Origin: a virus
Length of the DNA: 64,000 nt
Direction: 5' to 3' (one strand)
Virus record (IMG/VR): IMGVR_UViG_3300037189_002988
Span: 16,722 to 80,721 of that record
Below the pieces are notes generated by a model that saw only the letters and a list, made by a program, of their open reading frames with translations, searched no databases and was not told the origin of the DNA. Position 1 is the first letter of the stretch, and every line of letters starts with the position of its first letter. A program made the position numbers and the translations under genes. Shown piece by piece: positions 10,132 to 18,411 of the stretch.

Positions 10132-11678
10132 AACAATAATCCTTTTTTAGGAAACCAAATAGCATCTAATGCTGTAGATCTTAATACATTAATAGCCTCT
10201 TCTGGAGTTTCAACTAATGGCATTCCTGCTGTATTAAAACTAGTATTTAATAATATTCCTATACCAGTATTTTTCTTAAACTCTTTTAATAGTTCGTAGA
10301 TATGTCCTGAGTTAACTGTTTGAATTCTAGAAGTATTATCAACATGAACAACAGATGGAATCATAGAAGATACCCCATCTTTACATTTATAAGCAACAGT
10401 CATATATTCATTCTTAGTATCACTATTTGTATGAAAGTATTCTTGAAAATCTTCTTCTAGCATTACTGCACCAAATGGTCTATACCATTCTCTATTCTTT
10501 ATTTTGTTTACAATATCTTTACCATCTTTGTTTCTTGGGTCAAATAGTATTGATCTATTTCCTAATGCTCTAGGTCCAGCCTCGGATTTACCATTAAAGA
10601 CACCAATAGTTTTTTGATCTAGTAAAATTTTAACAATATCAGCATATAAGGCGTTTACTGTATTAATATCTAGGTCATAGTCAAATCCTTGAAAAAAGGT
10701 ATCTTTTAGGGGATATATAGACTTGTCTAAGGTCATATCCCTATAAACATTCATTGCAGCACCAATACTATTTCCACTATCGTCAGCAATTGGTTCAAAA
10801 TAAAAATTAATACCCTCACAATTTTCAAGGTAGTAATTATTTGCTATTACATTTAAACCATACCCACCAGTAATACATACATTGTTAATACCAGTTTCTT
10901 TGGTAAATTTTTTTATAAGTTTTAGTACCTGCTCTTGTGTTTGCTTTTGGACTTGATGTGCATAATCGGCATAAGGTTGATAGTTTTCTTTTGTAACACC
11001 GTCTACTCTAATGTTTTTATTCTTCTTTAGTATAGATACGCTTGTATCAAATCTATCCATAAGTAAACCTTCAAAAAGATGATTTTTAACTTTGCCATCT
11101 TCATAAAAGAAATCATCTGACTTGGATGAGTTTCCGTATGACGACAGTCCCATAGTTTTTCCATTCTCTAAAGGATGTTGACCAATAAGGGTAGTGGCTG
11201 ATTCATATACCTTTACAATTCCTAAACCATTATTATCCCAATATCTTTTATGCAGCGTCTTAAATACGCTAGGATATTCTGCTACTAAAACAGTTTCACA
11301 TTCATGACCTTTATTATTAACATAAGATCCATTTCTATCAACTATGATTACAAGACTTTTTTCAAACCCACTATTATAAAATGCCAAAGAAGCGTGTTGC
11401 TGATGGTGCATATGAGAAAGACTTAATATATCTTTTGAATACATTTTTGAAAGGTATGTAGATAGATAACTATCATAGTTATTATAGAATGGATTAGCAA
11501 CTACTATATGGTCTATAGAATTCTTATATCTATCTTTTACTATATCTAAAGATTTCCAGGGATACATGTCCCTTTTTACACCAGTAAATCTTTCTTCTTT
11601 ATAAAATTCTTTTACTTTGCCATTTTCTACAAGTGCAACTGAACTATCGTGCATAGAACTTACACCTAAAATTATCAT
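10128..11678 (-). CDS. Carbamoyltransferase, NodU/CmcH family
   Basis: HDSS, EERF, HHQQHA, GKTMGLSSYG, GGYGLNVIAN, DSGNSIGAA, EAGPRALGNRSIL, KNREWYRPF, VHVDNTSRIQTV, LLNTSFN motifs. Confidence 0.92.
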   Translation of the reverse strand: MIILGVSSMHDSSVALVENGKVKEFYKEERFTGVKRDMYPWKSLDIVKDRYKNSIDHIVVANPFYNNYDSYLSTYLSKMYSKDILSLSHMHHQQHASLAFYNSGFEKSLVIIVDRNGSYVNNKGHECETVLVAEYPSVFKTLHKRYWDNNGLGIVKVYESATTLIGQHPLENGKTMGLSSYGNSSKSDDFFYEDGKVKNHLFEGLLMDRFDTSVSILKKNKNIRVDGVTKENYQPYADYAHQVQKQTQEQVLKLIKKFTKETGINNVCITGGYGLNVIANNYYLENCEGINFYFEPIADDSGNSIGAAMNVYRDMTLDKSIYPLKDTFFQGFDYDLDINTVNALYADIVKILLDQKTIGVFNGKSEAGPRALGNRSILFDPRNKDGKDIVNKIKNREWYRPFGAVMLEEDFQEYFHTNSDTKNEYMTVAYKCKDGVSSMIPSVVHVDNTSRIQTVNSGHIYELLKEFKKNTGIGILLNTSFNTAGMPLVETPEEAINVLRSTALDAIWFPKKGLLF

Positions 11679-11684
11679 TTGACA

Positions 11685-11693
11685 AGTATATCA
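11685..11693 (-). promoter_or_regulatory. Extended -10 promoter (TGATATACT), probably giving a leaderless carbamoyltransferase mRNA
   Basis: The minus strand reads TGA-TATACT-6 nt-ATG with no Shine-Dalgarno sequence. Confidence 0.55.
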
Positions 11694-11725
11694 ACTAAGG
11701 CTTATTTAATCAATAGTGCATCTAC

Positions 11726-11755
11726 TTGACACCACTTGGATAATAGGTGTATAAT
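11726..11755 (+). promoter_or_regulatory. Sigma70/SigA-type promoter for the holin-like gene
   Basis: TTGACA-18 nt-TATAAT followed by RBS aggagg. Confidence 0.65.
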
Positions 11756-11784
11756 TTTACCTATGTTCTAAAAGGAGGACATTA

Positions 11785-12030
11785 ATGGAATCAGTACTAA
11801 ATAAGAAGGTTCTTAGTTCAGCATTGAACGCCTTCGTAATCGCACTAGTAACACAATTTGTTGATTCAGGAGCAGATGTATCTGCTCTTACAGGTGATGC
11901 TCTAGGCACCATCTTGAATTCAGCAGTTGCTGCAGCAGCATGGGTTGTAATCCGTGCAGTTAATCCAAAAGATACTAAGTTTGGTATCGGTGCAGTAGCA
12001 GATAAGGTTGCTGCAAAGAAAAAGAAATAA
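11785..12030 (+). CDS. Holin-like small membrane protein
   Basis: 81 aa, two hydrophobic segments, RAVNPKDTKFG motif, basic KKKK C-terminus. Confidence 0.55.
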   Translation: MESVLNKKVLSSALNAFVIALVTQFVDSGADVSALTGDALGTILNSAVAAAAWVVIRAVNPKDTKFGIGAVADKVAAKKKK

Positions 12031-12045
12031 GCATTTAAAAACATT

Positions 12046-12076
12046 GGGGGTTGCTTAAAAGGCAGCCCCCTTTTTT
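12046..12076 (+). terminator. Rho-independent terminator
   Basis: GGGGGTTGC-loop-GCAGCCCCC hairpin followed by TTTTTT. Confidence 0.85.
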
Positions 12077-12111
12077 ATGTTATAATTAAAAACATGGAGG
12101 GCTTATAAAAT

Positions 12112-12756
12112 ATGCCTTTAAGATTAGTCACAAATAAAGCACTTACAGACAATGTAGCAACACTCACTACATCAGCAAGTCATAGCCTATCAGCAGGCAC
12201 ATACATTACAATTAGTGGTGTAGATTCAACATTTAATGGATCCTATACAGTAACAGGAACTCCAACAACAACAAGTTTTACTTATGCAAAGACAGCAACA
12301 AATGTTCCTTCAGCAGTTGTGTCACCATCAGGTAGTGCAATTTATGCAACTATAGATGATACAGGAAGACCAGCATATATGTACGATGCTGGAACAGATA
12401 CTTGGTTTGCAGTTGCAGGAAAAGTAGATACTGGAAGAAATTATACTTGGACAGGAACACATACATTTTCTGCACCAGTTTCAGCATCAGACACATTTAC
12501 TGTCAATGCTCAACTTAGATCAACTTCAGCAAGTGTTTCTGGAGCCTTAACAGTCTCTGGAGATGTTGTTGCTAAAAAAGGTATAAATGCTTTTGCTAAT
12601 ACAACTGCAAGAGACGCAGCAATTCCTTCTCCAACTGTTGGTACAATAGTATATATCACTGCATTAAACCAACAACTAGTGTGGAATGGCACAGCCTGGA
12701 TAGCAATTGAAGGCGGCAGTGGCATGGAAGACATATTTTTAATGATGGGGGCATAA
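12112..12756 (+). CDS. Tail fibre / appendage shaft protein
   Basis: N-terminal ATLTT...H.L..G..ITISGV...FNG.YTVT (FCCH-like beta domain), ARDAAIPSPTVG motif, C-terminal DIFLMMGA resembling the FHPFFGA end of 2234..3718. Confidence 0.6.
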   Translation: MPLRLVTNKALTDNVATLTTSASHSLSAGTYITISGVDSTFNGSYTVTGTPTTTSFTYAKTATNVPSAVVSPSGSAIYATIDDTGRPAYMYDAGTDTWFAVAGKVDTGRNYTWTGTHTFSAPVSASDTFTVNAQLRSTSASVSGALTVSGDVVAKKGINAFANTTARDAAIPSPTVGTIVYITALNQQLVWNGTAWIAIEGGSGMEDIFLMMGA

Positions 12757-13086
12757 ATGGCTAGAAGTTATAAAGTCCTAGGACAAAATAATCCTGCTGC
12801 AACAACAGCAACAACTTTGTACACAGTACCAGGAGCAACACAATCTGTACTATCAACAATATCAGTTTGTAATTTTGCAAATACTGCTGCTACATATCGT
12901 ATTGCAATTAGACCTGCTGGCGAAACATTGGCAAACAAACACTATGTTGCATACGATTCATCACTACCAGCAAACGATACTGCAGTATTAACATTAGGAT
13001 TAACAATGAATACAACAGATATTCTTACAGTATACGCATCAACAGCATCTGTATCATTTGGAGTATTTGGTTCGGAGATTTCCTAA
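12757..13086 (+). CDS. Small beta-rich fibre connector protein (type B), copy 2
   Basis: Paralog of 3719..4054, in the same position before a Gly-rich gene. Confidence 0.6.
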   Translation: MARSYKVLGQNNPAATTATTLYTVPGATQSVLSTISVCNFANTAATYRIAIRPAGETLANKHYVAYDSSLPANDTAVLTLGLTMNTTDILTVYASTASVSFGVFGSEIS

Positions 13087-13832
13087 TGGCAATATCAACA
13101 GTTGCAAATACATTACTAAGTAATAATGCAAAATCTAATAGAAGTAATAAATTTGCAAAAGTAACCGCTAGTGGAGGTACTGAAACTACTGGTGGTGGAT
13201 ATAAGGTTCATACATTTACTAGTAGTTCTACTTTTAACGTAACAGTTGGTGGACCAGTGGAAGTTTTTGCAATTGGTGGAGGTGCAGGTGGTGGACACGG
13301 ACAGTGTGGTACAGGTGGTGGAGCAGGCGGTGTTCAGTTTGTTGCAAATCAACAGTTTATATCAAACTCCTCTTACACAGTAACAATTGGAAATTTTGGT
13401 GGTACAAATAGTGGTGGTGGAAACACAACAATTGTTGGAACAAATGTTTCTATCACGGCAGGTGGTGGAGGTATTCCTACAACTGGAACTCCAGATAACT
13501 TTACAAACTCTGGTTCACAAGGACACGCTGGTGGTGCAGGTGCTGGTGGAAATACAGCAAGTTTAAGTGGTGGTCCTGGAAGACTTTATTTAGGAAATCA
13601 TTATGGTGGTGGCGGTGGAGCAGGTGGAAGAGATGAAGGTGGATGTGAAGGTTTTGCTAGAGCAGGTGGTACTGGTGGCGGAGGTACAGGAATTAATGGT
13701 GATGGAACTGGTGGAAGTGCTAGTGGTCACGGATCAGGTGGCGGCGGTGGCGGTAGAGTAAATCATCAAAATAGAAATACTCCAGGTGGAAATGGATCTT
13801 CTGGAATTGTAATTTTGAGGTATTTAATATAA
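13086..13832 (+). CDS. Glycine-rich tail fibre tip protein, copy 4
   Basis: ASGG..YKVHTFTSSSTF, poly-Gly tracts, C-terminal GSSGIVILRY. Confidence 0.65.
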   Translation: MAISTVANTLLSNNAKSNRSNKFAKVTASGGTETTGGGYKVHTFTSSSTFNVTVGGPVEVFAIGGGAGGGHGQCGTGGGAGGVQFVANQQFISNSSYTVTIGNFGGTNSGGGNTTIVGTNVSITAGGGGIPTTGTPDNFTNSGSQGHAGGAGAGGNTASLSGGPGRLYLGNHYGGGGGAGGRDEGGCEGFARAGGTGGGGTGINGDGTGGSASGHGSGGGGGGRVNHQNRNTPGGNGSSGIVILRYLI

Positions 13833-14149
13833 TGGCTAACTTTGCAGTAATTGATTCAGAAAATATGGTTGTAAATATCGTAGCATCAGACTATGATTTT
13901 ATAGAAATTTTAAAACAACAAAACCCAGATCTTAAATATATTGAATATCATGATAATAATCATGCAACTCCTGGGTACCCATATAATCCAGAAAAAGAAA
14001 AGTTTTTATTACCACCATCATATTATTCATGGGTATTAAATGAAGAAAAATGGGAATACGAAGCACCAATTCCAATGCCAAATGATGGTAAATACTACAG
14101 TTGGGACGAAACACAAGTTACTTGGGTTGAAGTAACCCCAGTGGTATAA
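13832..14149 (+). CDS. Small acidic fibre-associated protein (MANFA type)
   Basis: Paralog of 6553..6921 (F..P.....W.LNE....WE.P...P.D.K.Y.W). Confidence 0.6.
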   Translation: MANFAVIDSENMVVNIVASDYDFIEILKQQNPDLKYIEYHDNNHATPGYPYNPEKEKFLLPPSYYSWVLNEEKWEYEAPIPMPNDGKYYSWDETQVTWVEVTPVV

Positions 14150-14165
14150 TTTAAAAGGAGAAACA

Positions 14166-14369
14166 ATGGCAACAATAAATGATAGCATAGGGAAATTAGC
14201 AAGAGTTTACGACTCTGCAACTGACACTTGGGTTCCTCTAATTGGTGCACCAGCACCACACACACATGATTTATCCAGTTTAGGATTAGTAATTATAACT
14301 AACCCACAAAATGGTCAAGTATTAAAATATAGTTCAAGTGCAAGTGCTTGGACTAATCAAAATCCATAA
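14166..14369 (+). CDS. Small virion-associated protein
   Basis: GKLARVYDSATDTWVPL motif, HTHD, PQNGQVLKY.....WTN fibre repeat. RBS aggag. Confidence 0.55.
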   Translation: MATINDSIGKLARVYDSATDTWVPLIGAPAPHTHDLSSLGLVIITNPQNGQVLKYSSSASAWTNQNP

Positions 14370-14398
14370 TTGACATAAAGTCATTACCCTGATATAAT
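14370..14398 (+). promoter_or_regulatory. Consensus SigA promoter for the glycosyltransferase
   Basis: TTGACA-17 nt-TATAAT with an extended TG. Confidence 0.75.
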
Positions 14399-14422
14399 TT
14401 ATTTAATTAAAGAAAGAGAATA

Positions 14423-15514
14423 ATGTCAAAACCTACCCTTTGTTATTTGACCTACGATTGGTCATGGGGAACTAAACCACTACAACCTAATGGCTGTGCA
14501 TGGTATCGATGCTTTCTTCCAATGGAAGAGTTAAAGAAAAAGGACTGGGAAGTTGGAATGGGATTTCCTGGATTTCACCCAGAACACGGATTTGGATTAT
14601 TAATACCTGAATCAAAAGCAGTACATGGTTGGGATATTGTTGTATTAAAACTAATGATGTTAGATAGCATTGTTGAAAATATTCCAAAGGCTAAAGAGGC
14701 TGGTCAAAAAATAGTTATTGATATTGATGATCATCATGCTGGATTAGAACCAACAAATATGGCCTATATAGCAACAGATCCAAAAACTAATCCAAAAAAT
14801 AATAGAGAGCATTACTTTAAGTCAATGGACTTAGCAGATGCACTTATTACTTCAACTCCATTCCTACATGATTTTTATAAAAAGAAATATCCAGACAAAC
14901 CAATATATCTTGTTCGTAATGCTGTAGATCTACAATACTTTGGAATGAGAAAAGATAAGTCTGGAGCATTTCCAACAGTTGGGTGGGTTGGTGCAACACC
15001 TTGGCGTTCAAGTGATTTAGAAACACTTAATCCTTTTGTAGGAGAATTTATTGAAAAGAATAATCTTAGATTCCATCACTCTGGATCTATTATTAATGCT
15101 CCAACAGTTCAAGAACAAATGGGTATTCCTGTAAAAAGTTTTTCATCTCAACCAATGAAGCCAATATTAACATATAAAGAACTATTTAATAGAATCGACA
15201 TCGGACTAGTTCCATTAAATGAGGTTGAGTTTAATCGTGCAAAATCTTTTATTAAAGGACTTGAATACGCTGCTGCTGGAATACCATTTATTGCAGAGGA
15301 CATGGAAGAATACTCACATCTTTATAATGAATACGGAATAGGCAGGGTAGCAAAAACAAAAGACCAATGGCTATCTCATTTAGAAGATTTAAAGAATCCT
15401 AAGACAAGAAATATTGAAAGACAAAATAACTATAAATTAATAAAACAATTCCACAGTATGGAAGTAAGAGGGGAAGACTGGGATAAAGTTTTTAGAGAGA
15501 TTAGAGAACTTTAG
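14423..15514 (+). CDS. Glycosyltransferase (GT-B fold, GT4-like)
   Basis: GCAWYRC..P, VIDIDD, ADALITSTPFL, RNAVD, VGWVG, DIGLVPL...FNRAKSFIKGLEYAAAGIPFIA. Confidence 0.85.
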   Translation: MSKPTLCYLTYDWSWGTKPLQPNGCAWYRCFLPMEELKKKDWEVGMGFPGFHPEHGFGLLIPESKAVHGWDIVVLKLMMLDSIVENIPKAKEAGQKIVIDIDDHHAGLEPTNMAYIATDPKTNPKNNREHYFKSMDLADALITSTPFLHDFYKKKYPDKPIYLVRNAVDLQYFGMRKDKSGAFPTVGWVGATPWRSSDLETLNPFVGEFIEKNNLRFHHSGSIINAPTVQEQMGIPVKSFSSQPMKPILTYKELFNRIDIGLVPLNEVEFNRAKSFIKGLEYAAAGIPFIAEDMEEYSHLYNEYGIGRVAKTKDQWLSHLEDLKNPKTRNIERQNNYKLIKQFHSMEVRGEDWDKVFREIREL

Positions 15515-16020
15515 TACCAACCATGCTGGCTTTTAAAATGCCAAGCATTGCAACCATCACCATAAATTAATTTTACATATTTAGCCATAGCATCAATTTG
15601 ATCATATGGGTTTTTAGTCTTCTTATAATCAACTAAACCCCATGTGCTATTTAAGAATTGACCGATACCAAATGCTGTTGATCTAGGATTTTGAGCAAGT
15701 GGGTTCCAATCACTTTCTTTATCAATAATATTAAAATAACAAGTTTCTTCATTATCTGGAACTATATCTTTTAAATACTCTTGATAAGCAGCAATTGCCT
15801 TATCTGATTTAGGATCTTCAAATCTAGCCTTAGAACGTGCTGCAATGGTGCTAGAAGCCTCTCTAGCGGCCTGTACAGCCCCTAAAACACTTGAAGTGGT
15901 CTGCCCTTCTGGGACGACCACTAACGGTTCTGCGGGGTATTGAATATACGATCTATCCAGTCGATTTGAATATGTTCCAATAATAATAAATACCATTAAT
16001 GCTAATAATACTTTCTTCAT
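15511..16020 (-). CDS. Secreted or membrane-anchored lytic transglycosylase (SLT/Rpf-like lysozyme fold)
   Basis: N-terminal hydrophobic signal; C..IIDKESDWNP.AQNP.STAFGIGQFLNSTW, YVK..YGD.C.AW...GWY. RBS aaggagg. Confidence 0.8.
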   Translation of the reverse strand: MKKVLLALMVFIIIGTYSNRLDRSYIQYPAEPLVVVPEGQTTSSVLGAVQAAREASSTIAARSKARFEDPKSDKAIAAYQEYLKDIVPDNEETCYFNIIDKESDWNPLAQNPRSTAFGIGQFLNSTWGLVDYKKTKNPYDQIDAMAKYVKLIYGDGCNAWHFKSQHGWY

Positions 16021-16060
16021 AAGTTACCTCCTTGAAGAAGCCATTTTTAGTTACTATACT

Positions 16061-16089
16061 AGTATAACCCTTTTATTCCCGAAAATCAA
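16061..16089 (-). promoter_or_regulatory. SigA-type promoter for the transglycosylase
   Basis: Minus strand TTGATT-17 nt-TATACT. Confidence 0.55.
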
Positions 16090-16141
16090 CTTTTTATAAA
16101 TATTTGTTATATTTGACATTTTTTGTATTATATGATAATAA

Positions 16142-16366
16142 TTATTTACTAGAAGTAAATTTTTTAATAGTATTCTTAATAGTGTTTGTAACTTTAATTC
16201 CTGGATAAAATACAGAATCACATGTTATGCATTCAAAGTAAACCTGATCTTGAGAGTTAACTCTAGTAACAACAGTATCATCTATATCAAAAGGACAGTT
16301 TATTTTTCCAACCAATCCCTTATTAACTAAATCATTATAAAATGTTACTTCCTGGACTGATAACAT
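16142..16366 (-). CDS. Small zinc-ribbon-like hypothetical protein
   Basis: CPFD...CITC; RBS aggaagg upstream on the minus strand. Confidence 0.55.
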   Translation of the reverse strand: MLSVQEVTFYNDLVNKGLVGKINCPFDIDDTVVTRVNSQDQVYFECITCDSVFYPGIKVTNTIKNTIKKFTSSK

Positions 16367-16369
16367 GTA

Positions 16370-16398
16370 TTGACCTTCCTCATAAACTCGTGTAGAAT
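16370..16398 (+). promoter_or_regulatory. SigA-type promoter for the ribonucleotide reductase
   Basis: TTGACC-17 nt-TAGAAT. Confidence 0.6.
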
Positions 16399-16441
16399 AC
16401 TATTATCCCATAAAATCAAAAACTAGGAGTTGTATTTATTT

Positions 16442-18382
16442 ATGTCATTTATTAACGAAAACGGATCAATTACAGATCCATATAAGAATTTTATTCATAT
16501 CTCAAGATATGCAAGGTGGGTTGAAGACAAAGGTCGTAGAGAAACTTGGGTTGAAACCGTAGATCGCTATATCAACTTTATGAAAGACTTTTTAATATTA
16601 AATTATGGCTATAGCCCAAATGCAAAAATATTTGATGAAGTAAAAGACGCAATCTTAAATCATAGAATCATGCCTTCAATGAGAGCATTGATGACAGCAG
16701 GTCCAGCATTAGAACGCGATCATATTGCAGCATATAATTGTTCATTTATTGCAGTTGACAGTCTACGTGCATTTGACGAAGCAATGTACGTTCTAATGAA
16801 TGGAACAGGTGTTGGATTCAGTGTTGAATCAAAGTACACAGATGAACTTCCAGTTATTGCAGAATCATTTAATAAAACAGAAACTACCATTGTGGTAGAA
16901 GATTCTAAACTTGGATGGGCAAAAGCATTTAAAGAATTAATTGCACTATTGTCACAAGGACAAGTTCCTCAATGGGATATGTCAAAGGTTCGTCCAGCAG
17001 GTGCAAGATTAAAAACTTTTGGTGGACGTGCATCTGGTCCAGGACCACTTAGCATTCTATTTACATTTACGGTAGACACATTTAAAAATGCTGCTGGTCG
17101 TAGATTAAAGCCAGTAGAAGCACATGACTTAATGTGTAAGGTAGGTGAAGTTGTAGTAGTAGGTGGAGTACGCCGTTCTGCTTTGATATCACTATCAAAC
17201 CTTGATGATTTTGAAATGGCAAAGGCAAAGAGTGGACAATGGTGGGAAACTCAACCACAACGTGCCTTAGCAAATAACTCAGCAGTTTATAACGCTAAGC
17301 CAAATACTGCTCAATTCTTACGTGAGTGGAGAAATCTTTACGAATCAAAATCTGGTGAAAGAGGAATTTACAATATAGGATCAGTTCGCAAACATGTTGA
17401 ATCATTCGGAAGAAGAGATGCATCTTTGGTATCTGGAACCAATCCATGTGGAGAAATCATCCTTCGTCCAAATGAATTTTGCAATTTAACAGAAGTTGTT
17501 ATTTCAGCAGACGATACAAGAGAAGACCTTTTAGAAAAAGTTAGATTAGCCACAATTCTTGGAACATGGCAATCAACACTAACTAACTTTAAATACCTCC
17601 GTAAAACATGGAAAGATAATTGCGAAGAAGAAAGATTGCTTGGCGTATCTTTAACAGGAATTTATGGAAACAAAATAACTTCAACTGCAGGAAAAGCATT
17701 AGAACAGTTGTTGACTGACATGAGGTTAGAATCAGTTAGGGTAAATGAACATGAAGCAAAGAAACTAAACATTAATCCATCTGTATCTATTACATGTGTT
17801 AAGCCTTCTGGCACTGTAAGTCAACTGGTCGGGGTATCAAGTGGTATTCATCCATGGTATTCAGAATATTACTTAAGAAGTGTTCGTGGAGATAATAAAG
17901 ATCCATTAACACAATTTTTAAAAGATTCAGGAGTTGCATACGAACCTGATTTTATGAAGCCAGAAGAAACTACAGTATTTTATTTTCCTCAAAAGGCTCC
18001 AAAGAATGCAACTGTAACAAAAGATTTAACAGCCATAGATCATCTAGAAATGTGGAAGACATACAGAACTTATTGGACAGAACATAACCCTAGCGTTACT
18101 ATCAATGTTCATGAAGATGAATGGCTAAAGGTTGGTGCATGGGTTTTTGATAACTTTGATTCAATTGGTGGTGTATCTTTCTTACCAGCGAGTGAACATA
18201 CTTATAAGCAAGCCCCATATCAAGAAATTTCTAAAGATGAATATGAAGAGTGGGTAAAGAAATCACCTTCAAATATTCAATGGGAAATGCTTTCTATCTA
18301 CGAAAAAGAGGACGGCACAACTGGAACACAGGAACTTTCATGTGTTGCTGGGGTATGCGAAATAGTTGATATTACTAAATAG
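16442..18382 (+). CDS. nrdJ: Class II adenosylcobalamin-dependent ribonucleotide reductase (monomeric RTPR type)
   Basis: RRETW.ETV.R, PSMRAL, YNCSF, GTGVGFS, VVGGVRRSALI, TNPCGEI, CNLTE, TCVKPSGTVSQL, EHNPS.T, C-terminal CVAGVCE. No beta subunit nearby. Start placed at ATG 16442 from RBS spacing. Confidence 0.92.
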   Translation: MSFINENGSITDPYKNFIHISRYARWVEDKGRRETWVETVDRYINFMKDFLILNYGYSPNAKIFDEVKDAILNHRIMPSMRALMTAGPALERDHIAAYNCSFIAVDSLRAFDEAMYVLMNGTGVGFSVESKYTDELPVIAESFNKTETTIVVEDSKLGWAKAFKELIALLSQGQVPQWDMSKVRPAGARLKTFGGRASGPGPLSILFTFTVDTFKNAAGRRLKPVEAHDLMCKVGEVVVVGGVRRSALISLSNLDDFEMAKAKSGQWWETQPQRALANNSAVYNAKPNTAQFLREWRNLYESKSGERGIYNIGSVRKHVESFGRRDASLVSGTNPCGEIILRPNEFCNLTEVVISADDTREDLLEKVRLATILGTWQSTLTNFKYLRKTWKDNCEEERLLGVSLTGIYGNKITSTAGKALEQLLTDMRLESVRVNEHEAKKLNINPSVSITCVKPSGTVSQLVGVSSGIHPWYSEYYLRSVRGDNKDPLTQFLKDSGVAYEPDFMKPEETTVFYFPQKAPKNATVTKDLTAIDHLEMWKTYRTYWTEHNPSVTINVHEDEWLKVGAWVFDNFDSIGGVSFLPASEHTYKQAPYQEISKDEYEEWVKKSPSNIQWEMLSIYEKEDGTTGTQELSCVAGVCEIVDITK

Positions 18383-18411
18383 CAACGTGCTAAAATAGAT
18401 TAGAGGTTGCT

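Noticed and set aside
1443-13832. Diversity-generating retroelement or invertible shufflon acting on the tip paralogs
   Set aside because: No reverse transcriptase or invertase in the window, all tips are on one strand, and I saw no near-identical template/variable repeat pair.
16021-16145. Riboswitch or replication origin in the AT-rich gap upstream of the transglycosylase
   Set aside because: The predicted 5' UTR is only about 35 nt, the gap is explained by a promoter, and no iterons were seen.
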